Shown here piece by piece: positions 1 to 13,800 of a stretch of DNA of 64,000 nucleotides (position 1 is the first letter of the stretch; every line of letters starts with the position of its first letter). A program made the translations under genes and the position numbers. Source of the DNA: the human T2T-CHM13v2.0 reference genome, Homo sapiens. The stretch lies in assembly GCF_009914755.1 (NCBI RefSeq), contig NC_060945.1; one strand, 5' to 3'. The notes beneath the pieces are model-generated. The model was not told where the DNA came from. It made no database searches and worked only from the letters and a program-made list of their open reading frames with translations.

Positions 1-2899
1 ATATATATTATATACTCTACATGAAATATCAAAGTTCACAAACTATATATTATATACTGTACATAAAATATCCAAGTACCCAAGGTATATATTCTATACT
101 GTACAAAAAATATCAACGTACCCTAAGCATGTATTATATACTCTATATAAAATATGAAAGTACATCACATATATATTTTATTCTGTACATAAAATATCAA
201 AGTACACCAGATATATATTCTATAGTGTACATAAAATAACAAAGTACACAAACTATAAATGATATGCTGTACATAAAATATGAAATTACATCAAATATAT
301 ATTAGGTACATAAAATATGAAAGTACATCAAATATAGATTATATACTGTACATAAAATATCAATGTACCCCAAATATATATTTTATACTCTACATGAAAT
401 ATCAAAGTTCACAAACCATATATTATATACTGTACATAAAATATCAAAGTACCCAAGGTATATATTCTATACTGTACAAAAAATATCAAAGTACCCAAAG
501 CATGTATTATATACTGTACATAAAATATGAAAGTACATCAAATATATATTTTATTCTGTACATAAAATATCAAAGTACACCAGATATATATTCTATAGTG
601 TACATAAAATATCAAAGTACCCAAACTATACATTATATACTGTACATAAAATATGAAATTACATCAAATATATATTATATTAGGTACATAAAATATGAAA
701 GTACATCAGATATAGATTATATACTGTACATAAAATATCAAAGTACCCCAAATATATATTATATACTCTACATGAAATATCAAAGTTCACAAACTATACA
801 TTATATACTGTACATAAAATATGAAATTACATCAAATATATATTAGGTACATAAAATATGAAAGTACATCAAATATAGATTATATACTGTACATATAATA
901 TCAATGTACCCCAAATATATATTTTATACTCTTCATGAAATATCAAAGTTCACAAACCATATATTATATACTGTACATAAAATATCAAAGTACCCTAGGT
1001 ATATATTCTATACTGTACAAAAAATATCAAAGTACCCAAAGCATGTATTATATACTGTACATAAAATATGAAAGTACATCAAATATATATTTTATTCTGT
1101 ACATAAAATATCAAAGTACACCAGATATATATTCTATAGTGTACATAAAATATCAAAAGTACCCAAACTATACATTATATACTGTACATAAAATATGAAA
1201 TTACATCAAATATATATTATATTAGCTACATAAAATATGAAAGTACATCAAATATAGATTATATAGTGTACATTAAATACCAAAACACCCCAAATATATA
1301 TTTTATACTCTACATGAAATATCAAAGTTCACAAACCATATATTATATACTGTACATAAAATATCAAAGTACCCAAGGTATATATTCTATACTGTACAAA
1401 AAATATCAAAGTACCCAAAGCATGTATTATATACTGTACATAAAATATGAAAGTACATCAAAAATATATTTTATTCTGTACATAAAACATCAAAGTACAC
1501 CAGATATATATTCTATAGTGTACATAAAATATCAAAGTACCCAAACTATACATTATATACTGTACATAAAATATGAAATTACATCAAATATATATTATAT
1601 TAGGTACATAAAATATGAAAGTACATCAGATATAGATTATATACTGCACATAAAATATCAAAGTACCCCAAATATATATTATATACTCTACATGAAATAT
1701 CAAAGTTCACAAACTATATATTATATACTGTACATAAAATATCAAAGTACCCAAGGTATATATTCTATACTGTACAAAAAATATCAAAGTACCCAAAGCA
1801 TGTATTATATACTGTACATAAAGTATGAAAGTACATCAAATGTATATTTTATTCTGTACATAAAATATCAAAGTACACCAGATATATATTCTACAGTGTA
1901 CATAATATATCAAAGTACGCAAACTATACATTATATACTGTACTTAAAATATGAAATTACATCAAATATATATTATATTAGGTACATAAAATATGAAAGC
2001 ACATCAAATATAGATTATATACTGTACATGAAATACCAAAGTACCCCAAATATATATTTTATACGGTACATGAAATATCAAAGTTCACAATCTATATATT
2101 ATATACTGTATATAAAATATCAAAGTACCCAAGGTATATATTCTATACTGTACAAAAAATATCAAAGTACCCAAAGCATGTATTATATACTGTACATAAA
2201 ATATGAAAATACATCAAATATATATTTTATTCTGTACCGAAAATATCAAAGTACACCAGATATATATTCTATAGTGTACATAAAATATCAAAGTACCCAA
2301 ACTATACATTATATACTGTACATAAAATATGAAATTACATCAAATTTATATTAGGTACATAAAATATGAAAGTACATCAAATATAGATTATATACTGTAC
2401 ATAAAATATCAAAGTACCCCAAATATATATTATATACTCTACATGAAATATCAAAGTTCACAAACTATATATTATATACTGTACATAAAATATCCAAGTA
2501 CCCAAGGTATATATTCTATACTGTACAAAAAATATCAACGTACCCAAAGCATGTGTTATATACTCTATATAAAATATGAAAGTACATCACATATATATTT
2601 TATTCTGTACATAAAATATCAAAGTACACCAGATATATATTCTATAGTGTACATAAAATAACAAAGTACACAAACTATAAATTATATACTTTACGTAAAA
2701 TATGAAATTACATCAAATATATATTAGGTACATAAAATATGAAAGTACATCAAATATAGATTATATACTGTACATATAATATCAATGTACCCCAAATATA
2801 TATTTTATACTCTACATGAAATATCAAAGTTCACAAACCATACATTATATACTGTACATAAAATATCAAAGTACCCAAGGTATATATTCTATACTGTAT

Positions 2900-5800
2900 G
2901 AAAAATATCAAAGTACCCAAAGCATGTATTATATACTCTACATAAAAGATGAAAGTACATCAAATATATATTTTATTCTGTACATAAAATAACAAAGTAC
3001 ACCAGATATATATTTTATAGTGTACATAAAATATGAAATTACCCAAACTATACATTACATACTGTACATAAAATATGGAATTACATCAAATATATATTAT
3101 ATTAGGTACGTAAAATATGAAATTACATCAAATATAGTTTATATACCATACATAAAATATAAAGGAACCCAAATATATATGATATACTGTACATGAAATA
3201 TCAAAGTTCACAAACTATATATTATATACTGTAGATAAAATATCAAAGTACCCAAGGTATATATTCTATAATGTAAAAAAAATATCAAAGCACCCAAAGC
3301 ATGTATTATATACTGTACATAAAATATGAAAGCACATCAAATATATATTATATTAGGTACATAAAATATGAAAGTACATAAAATATAGATGATATTCTGT
3401 ACATAAAATATCAAAGGAGCCCAAATATATATTATACAGTGTACATGAAATATCAAAATTTACAAAATATATATTATATAATGTACATAAAATATCAAAG
3501 TACACAAAGCAAGTATTATATACTGTACATAAAAGATGAAAGTACATCAAATATATATTTTATTCTGTACATAAAATATCAAAGTACACCAGATATATAT
3601 TTTATAGTGTACATAAAATATCAAGGTACCCAAACTATACATTATATACTGTACATAAAATATGAAATTACATCAAATATATATTACATTAGGTACGTAA
3701 AATATGAAAGTACATCAAATATAGATTATATACTGTACATAATATATAAAAGAACCCCAACTATATATTATATACTGTACATGAAATATCAAAATACACA
3801 AACTATATATTATATACTGTGCATAAAATATCAAAGTACCCAAGGTATATATCCTATACTGTACAAAAAATATCAAAGTACCCAAAGCTTGTATTATATA
3901 CTGTACATAAAATATGAAAGCACATCAAATATATATTATATTAGGTACATAAAATATGAAAGTACATAAAATATAGATGATATACTGTACATAAAATATC
4001 AAAGTAGCCCAAATATATATTATACAGTGTACATGAAATATCAAAATTTACAAAATATATATTATATAATGTACATAAAATATCAAAGTACCCAAAGCAT
4101 GTATTATATACTGTACATAAAATATGAAAGTACATCAAATATATATTTTATTCTGTACATAAAATATCAAAGTACACCAGATATATATTTTATAGTGTAC
4201 ATAAAATATCAAGGTACCCAAACTATACATTATATACTGTACATAAAATATGAAATTACATCAAATATATATTATATTAGGTACGTAAAATATGAAAGTA
4301 TATCAAATATAGACTATATACTGTACATAATATATAAAAGAACCCCAAATATATATTATATACTGTACATGATGTATCAAAATACACAAACTATATATTA
4401 TATACTGTACATAAAATATCAAAGTACCCAAGGTATATATTCTATACTGTAAAAAAAATATCAAAGTACCCAAAGCATGTATTATATACTGTACATAAAA
4501 TATGAAAGTACATCAAATATATATTTTATTCTGTACATAAAATAACAAAGTACACCAGATATATATTTTATAGTGTACATAAAATATGAAATTACCCAAA
4601 CTATACATTACATACTGTACATAAAATATGGAATTACATCTAATATATATTATATTAGGTACGTAAAATATGAAAGTACATCAAATATAGATTATACACC
4701 ATACATAAAATATAAAGGAACCCCAAATATATATGATATACTGTACATGAAATATCAAAGTTCACAAACTATATATTATATACTGTAGATAAAATATCAA
4801 AGTACCCAAGGTATATATTCTATATTGTAAAAAAAATATCAAAGTACCCAAAGCATGTATTGTATACTGTACATAAAATATGAAAGCACATCAAATATAT
4901 ATTATATTAGGTACATAAAATATGAAAGTACATAAAATATAGATGATATACTGTACATAAAATATCAAAGTAGCCCAAATATATATTATACAGTGTACAT
5001 GAAATATCAAAATTTACGAAATATATATTATATAATGTACATAAAATATGAAAGTACACAAAGCAAGTATTATATACTGTACATAAAAGATGAAATTACA
5101 TCAAATATATATTTTATTCTGTACATAAAATATCAAAGTACACCAGATATATATTTTATAGTGTACATAAAATATCAAGGTACCCAAACTATACATTATA
5201 TACTGTACATAAAATATGAAATTACATCAAATATATATTATATTAGGTACGTAAAATATGAAAGTACATCAAATATAGATTATATACTGTACATAATATA
5301 TAAAAGAACCCCAACTATATATTATATACTGAACATGAAATATCAAAATACACAAACTATATATTATATACTGTACATAAAATATCAAAGCACCCAAGGT
5401 ATATATTCTATACTATACAAAAAATATCAAAGTACCCAAAGCATGTATTATATACTGTACATAAAATATGAAAGTACATCAAATATATATTTTATTCTGT
5501 ATATAAAATAACAAAGTACACCAGATATATATTTTATAGTGTACATAAAATATCAAAGTACCCAAACTATACATTACATACTGTACATAAAATATGGAAT
5601 TACATCAAATATATATTATATTAGGTACGTAAAATATGAAAGTACATCAAATATAGATTATATACCATACATAAAATATAAAGGAACCCCAAATATATAG
5701 GATATACTGTACATGAAATATCAAAGTTCACAAACTATATATTATATACTGTAGATAAAATATCAAAGTACCCAAGGTATATATTCTATACTGTATAAAA

Positions 5801-8800
5801 AATATCAAAGTACCCAAAGCATGTATTATATACTGTACATAAAAGATGAAAGTACATCAAATATATATTTTATTCTGTACATAAAATAACAAAGTACACC
5901 AGATATATATTTTATAGTGTACATAAAATATGAAATTACCCAAACTATACATTACATACTGTACATAAAATATGGAATTACATCAAATATATATTATATT
6001 AGGTACGTAAAATATGAAAGTACATCAAATATAGATTATATACCATACATAAAATATAAAGGAACCCCAAATATATATGATATACTGTACATGAAATATC
6101 AAAGTTCACAAACTATATATTATATACTGTAGATAAAATATCAAAGTACCCAAGGTATATATTCTATAATGTAAAAAAAATATCAAAGCACCCAAAGCAT
6201 GTATTATATACTGTACATAAAATATGAAAGCACATCAAATATATATTATATTAGGTACATAAAATATGAAAGTACATAAAATATAGATGATATACTGTAC
6301 ATAAAATATCAAAGGAGCCCAAATATATATTATACAGTGTACATGAAATATCAAAATTTACAAAATATATATTATATAATGTACATAAAATATCAAAGTA
6401 CCCAAAGCAAGTATTATATACTGTACATAAAAGATGAAAGTACATCAAATATATATTTTATTCTGTACATAAAATATCAAAGTACACCAGATATATATTT
6501 TATAGTGTACATAAAATATCAAGGTACCCAAACTATACATTATATACTGTACATAAAATATGAAATTACATCAAATATATATTATATTAGGTACGTAAAA
6601 TATGAAAGTACATCAAATATAGATTATATACTGTACATAATATATAAAAGAACCCCAACTATATATTATATACTGTACATGAAATATCAAAATACACAAA
6701 TTATATATTATATACTGTACATAAAATATCAAAGTACCCAAGGTATATATCCTATACTGTACAAAAAATATCAAAGTACCCAAAGCATGTATTATATACT
6801 GTACATAAAATATGAAAGCACATGAAATATATATTATATTAGGTACATAAAATATGAAAGTACATAAAATATAGATGATATACTGTACATAAAATATCAA
6901 AGTAGCCCAAATATATATTATACAGTGTACATGAAATATCAAAATTTACAAAATATATATTATATAATGTACATAAAATATCAAAGTACCCAAAGCATGT
7001 ATTATATACTGTACATAAAATATGAAAGTACATCAAATATATATTTTATTCTGTACATAAAATAACAAAGTACACCAGATATATATTTTATAGTGTACAT
7101 AAAATATCAAGGTACCCAAACTATACATTATATACTGTACATAAAATATGAAATTACATCAAATATATATTATATTAGGTACGTAAAATATGAAAGTACA
7201 TCAAATATAGACTATATACTGTACATAATATATAAAAGAACCCCAAATATATATTATATACTGTACATGAAGTATCAAAATACACAAACTATATATTATA
7301 TACTGTACATAAAATATCAAAGTACCCAAGGTATATATTCTATACTGTACAAAAAATATCAAAGTACCCAAAGCATGTATTATATACTGTACATAAAATA
7401 TGAAAGTACATCAAATATATATTATATTAGGTACGTAAAATATGAAAGTACATCAAATATAGATTATATACCATACATAAAATATAAAGGAACCCCAAAT
7501 ATATATGATATACTGTACATGAAATATCAAAGTTCACAAACTATATATTATATACTGTAGATAAAATATCAAAGTACCCAAGGTATATATTCTATACTGT
7601 AAAAAAAAATCAAAGTCCCCAAAGCATGTATTATATACTGTACATAAAATATGAAGGCACATCAAATATATATTATATTAGGTACATAAAATATGAAAGT
7701 ACATAAAATATAGATGATATACTGTACATAAAATATCAAAGTAGCCCAAATATATATTATACAGTGTACATGAAATATCAAAATTTACAAAACATATATT
7801 ATATAATGTACATAAAATATCAAAGTACCCAAAGCAAGTATTATATACTGTACATAAAAGATGAAAGTACATCAAATATATATTTTATTCTGTACATAAA
7901 ATATCAAAGTACACCAGATATATATTTTATAGTGTACATAAAATATCAAGGTACCCAAACTATACATTATATACTGTACATAAAATATGAAATTACATCA
8001 AATATATATTATATTAGGTACGTAAAATATGAAAGTACATCAAATATAGATTATATACTGTACATAATATATAAAAGAACCCCAAATAAATATTATATAC
8101 TGTACATGAAGTATCAAAATACACAAACTATATATTATATACTGTAGATAAAATATCAAAGTACCCAAGGTATATATTCTATACTGTACAAAAAATATCA
8201 AAGTACCCAAAGCATGTATTATATACTGTATATAAAATATGAAAGTACATCAAATATATATTTTATTCTGTACATAAAATAACAAAGTACACCAGATATA
8301 TATTTTATAGTGTACATAAAATATCAAAGTACCCAAACTATACATTACATACTGTACATAAAATATGGAATTACATCAAATATATATTATATTAGGTACG
8401 TAAAATATGAAAGTACATCAAATATAGATTATATACCATACATAAAATCTAAAGGAACCCCAAATATATATGATATACTGTACATGAAATTGCAAAGTTC
8501 ACAAACTATATATTATATACTGTAGATAAAATATCAAAGTACCCAAGGTATATATTCTATACTGTAAAAAAAATATCAAAGTACCCAAAGCATGTATTAT
8601 ATACTGTACATAAAATATGAAAGTACATCAAATATATATTTTATTCTGTACATAAAATAACAAAGTACACCAGATATATATTTTATAGTGTACATAAAAT
8701 ATGAAATTACCCAAACTATACATTACATACTGTACATAAAATATGGAATTACATCTAATATATATTATATTAGGTACGTAAAATATGAAAGTACATCAAA

Positions 8801-11800
8801 TATAGATTATATACCATACATAAAATATAAAGGAAACCCAAATATATATGATATACTGTACATGAAATATCAAAGTTCACAAACTATATATTATATACTG
8901 TAGATAAAATATCAAAGTACCCAAGGTATATATTCTATACTGTAAAAAAAATATCAAAGTACCCAAAGCATGTATTATATACTGTACATAAAATATGAAA
9001 GCACATCAAATATATATTATATTTGGTACATAAAATATGAAAGTACGTAAAATATAAATGATATACTGTACATAAAATATCAAAGTAGCCCAAATATATA
9101 TTATACAGTGTACATGAAATATCAAAATTTACAAAATATATATTATATAATGTACATAAAATATCAAAGTACCCAAAGCAAGTATTATATACTGTACATA
9201 AAAGATGAAAGTACATCAAATATATATTTTATTCTGTACATAAAATATCAAAGTACACCAGATATATATTTTATAGTGTACATAAAATATCAAAGTACCC
9301 AAACTATACATTATATACTGTACATAAAATATGAAATTACATCAAATATATATTATATTAGGTACATAAAATATGAAAGTACATCAAATATAGATTATAT
9401 ACTGTACATAAAATATCAAAGTACCCCAAATATATATTATATACTGTACATGAAATATCAAAGTTCACAAACTATATATTATATACTGTACATAAAATAT
9501 CAAAGTACCCAAGGTATATATTCTATACTGTACAAAAAATATCAAAGTACCCAAAGCATGTATTATATACTGTACATAAAATATGAAAGTACATCAAATA
9601 TATATTTTATTCTGTAGTTAAAATATCACAGTACACCAGATATATATTTTATAGTGTACATAAAATATCAAAGTACCCAAACTATACATTATATACTGTA
9701 CATAAAATATGAAATTACATCAAATATATATTATATTAGTTACCTAAAATATGAAAGTACATCAAATATAGATTATATACTGTACATAAAATATCAGAGT
9801 ACCCCAAATATATATTATATACTGTACATGAAATATCAAAGTTCACAAACTATATATTATATACTGTACATAAAATATCAAAGTACCCAAGGTATATATT
9901 CTATACTGTACAAAAAATATCAAAGTACCCAAAGCATGTATTATATACTGTACATAAAAGATGAAAGTACATCAAATATATATTTTATTCTCTACATAAA
10001 ATAACAAAGTACACCGGATATATATTTTATAGTGTACATAAAATATCAAAGTACCCAAACTATACATTACATACTGTACATAAAATATGAAATTACATCA
10101 AATATATATTATATTAGTTACCTAAAATATGAAAGTACATCAAATATAGATTATATACTGTACAGAAAATATGAAAGTACCCCAAATATATATTATACAC
10201 TGTACATGAAATATGAAAGTTCACAAACTATATATTATATACTGTACATAAAATATCAAAGTACCCAAGGTATATATTCTATACTGTACAAAAAATATCA
10301 AAGTACCCAAAGAATGTATTATATACTGTACATAAAATATGAAAGTACATCAAATATATATTTGATTCTGTACATAAAATAACAAAGTATACCAGATATG
10401 TATTTTATAGTGTACATAAAATATCAAAGTACCGAAACTATACATTACATACTGTACATAAAATATGCAATTACATCAAATATATATTATATTAGGAACA
10501 TAAAATATGAAAGTACATCAAATATAGATTATTAACTGTACATAAAATATCAAAGAACCCCAAATATATATTATATACTGTACATGAGATATCAAACTTC
10601 ACAAACTATATATTATATACTGTACATAAAATATCAAAGTACCCAAGGTATATATTCTATACTATACAAAAAATATCAAAGTACCCAAAGCATGTATTAT
10701 ATACTGTACATAAAAGATGAAAGTACATCAAATATATATTTTATTCTGTACATAAAATATCAAAGTACACCAGATATATATTATATAGTGTACATAAAAT
10801 ATCAAAGTACCCAAACTATACATTATATACTGTACATAAAATATGAAATTACATCAAATATATATTATATTAGGTACATAAAATATGAAAGTACATCAAA
10901 TATATATTATATACTGTACATAAAATATAAAAGTACCCCAAATATATATTATATACTGAACATGAAATATCAAAATACACAAACTATATATTATATACTG
11001 TACAAAAAATATCAAAGTACCCAAAGCAAGTATTATATACTGTACATAAAATATGAAAGTACATCAAATATATATTTTATTCTGTACATAAAATATCAAA
11101 GTACACCAGATATATATTTTATAATGTACATAAAACATCAAGGTACACAAACTATACATTTTATACTGTACATAAAATATGAAATTACATCAAATATATA
11201 TTATATTGGATACATAAAATATGAAAGTACATCAAGTATAGATTATTAACTGTACATAAAATATCAAAGAACCCCAAATATATATTATATACTGTGCATG
11301 AAATATCAAAGTTCACAAACTATATATTATATATTGTACATAAAATATCAAAGTACCCAAGGTTTATATTCTGTACTGTAAAAAAAATATCAAAGTACCC
11401 AAAGCATGTATTATATACTGTACATAAAATATGAAATTACATCAAATATATATTATATTAGGTACATAAAATATGAAAGTACATCAAATATATATTTTAT
11501 TCTGTACATAAAATATCAAAGTACACCAGATATATATTTTATAGTGTACATAAAATATCAAATTACCCAAACTATACATTATATCCTGTACATAAAATAT
11601 GAAATTACATCAAATATATATTATATTAGGTACATAAAATATGAAAGTACTTCAAATATAGATTATATACTGTACATAAAATATAAAAGTACCCCAAATA
11701 TATATTATATACTGTACATGAAATATCAAAATACAGAAACTATATATTATATACTGTACAAAAAATATCAAAGTACCCAAAGCAAGTATTATATACTGTA

Positions 11801-13800
11801 CATAAAAGATGAAAGTACATCAAATATATATTCTATTCTGTACATGAATTATCAAAGTACACCAGATATATATTTTATAGTGTACTTAAAACATCAAGGT
11901 ACACAAACTATACATTATATACTGTACATAAAATATGAAATTACATCAAATATATATTATATTGGGTACATAAAATATGAAAGCACATCAAATATAGATT
12001 AACTGTACATAAAATATCAAAGAACCCGAAATATATATTATATACTGTACATGAAATATCAAAGTTCACAAACTATATATTATATACTGTACATAAAATA
12101 TCAAGGTACCCAAGGTATATATTCTATACTGTATAAAAAATATCAAAGTACCCAAAGCATGTATTATATACTGTACATAAAATATGAGAGTACATCAAAT
12201 ATATATTTTATTCTGTACATAAAATATCAAAGTACACCAGATATATATTTTATAGTGTACATAAAATATCAAAGTACCCAAACTATACATTATATACTGT
12301 ACATAAAATATGAAAGCACATCAAATATAGATAATTAACTGTACATAAAATATCAAAGTACCCCAAATATATATTATATACTGTACATGAGATATCAAAC
12401 TTCACAAACTATATATTATATACTGTAGATAAAATATCAACGTACCCAAGGTATATATTCTATACTGTACAAAAAATATCAAAGTACCCAAAATATGTAT
12501 TATATACTGTATATAAAATATGAAAGTACATCAAATATAAATTTTATTCTGTACATAAAATATCAAAGTACACCAGATATATATTTTATAGTGTACAGAA
12601 AATATCAAAGTACCCAAACTATACATTATATACTGTACATAAAATATGAAATTACATCAAATATATATTATATTAGGTACATAAAATATGAAAGTACATA
12701 AAATATAGATGATATACTGTACATAAAGTATCAAAGTAGCCCAAAGTTATATTATACAGTGTACATGAAATATCAAAATTTAAAAAATATATATTATATA
12801 ATGTACATAAAATATCAAAGTACCCAAAGCAAGTATTATATACTGTACATAAAAGATGAAAGTACATCAAATATATATTTTATTCTCTACGTAAAATATC
12901 AAAGTACACCAGATATATATTTTATAGTGTACATAAAATATCAAAGTACCCAAACTATACATTACATACTGTACATAAAGTATGAAATTACATGAAATAT
13001 ATATTATTTTAGGAACATAAATATGAAAGTACATCAAATATAGATTATTAACTGTACATAGAATATCAAAGAACCCCAAATATATATTATATACTGTACA
13101 TGAGATATCAAACTTCACAAACTATATATTATGTACTGTACATAAAATATCAAACTACCCAAGGTATATATTCTATACTGTACAAAAAATATCAAAATAC
13201 CCAAAGCATGTATTATATACTGTACATAAAATATGAAAGTATATCAAATATATATTTTATTCTGTACATAAAATATCAAAGTACACCAGATATATATTTT
13301 ATAGTGTACATAAAATATCAAAGTACCCAAACTATACATTATATACTGTACATAAAATATGAAATCACATCAAATATATATTATATTAGGTACATAAAAT
13401 ATGAAAGTACTTCGAGTATTGATTATTTACTGTACATAAAATATCAAAGTACCCCAAATATATATGATATACTGTACATGAAATATCAAAGTTCACAAAC
13501 GATATATTATATACTGTAGATAAAATATCAAAGTACCCAAGGTTTATATTCTATACTGTACAAAAAATATCAAAGTACCCAAAGCATGTATTATATACTG
13601 TACATAAAAGATGAAAGTACATCAAATATATATTTTATTCTGTACATAAAATAACAAAGTACACCAGATATATATTTTATAGTGTACATAAAATATGAAA
13701 GTACCCAAACTATACATTACATACTGTACATAAAATGTGGAATTACATCAAATACATATTATATTAGGTACATAAAATATGAAAGTACATCAAATATAGA
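2900..13800. repeat. Divergent HSat1A sub-array (distinct SNP haplotype, irregular monomer order)
   Basis: E reads GATATATATTTTATAGTG (DIYFIVY) from ~3010 to ~13680, against TATTCTATAGTG on both sides. I saw no 5-bp-deleted G between ~2725 and ~14135. Characteristic variants are AAAAGATGAAAG, CTGTAGATAAAA and AGCAAGTATT. Confidence 0.88.
3320..9200. repeat. Seven copies of a 5-monomer (210-bp) variant cassette interspersed with 9-mers; an eighth copy near 12650-12850
   Basis: The marker ACAGTGTACATGAAATATCAAAATTTA occurs at ~3439, 4027, 4993, 6337, 6925, 7764, 9108 and 12759. The first six spacings are 588, 966, 1344, 588, 839 and 1344 bp. Confidence 0.85.
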
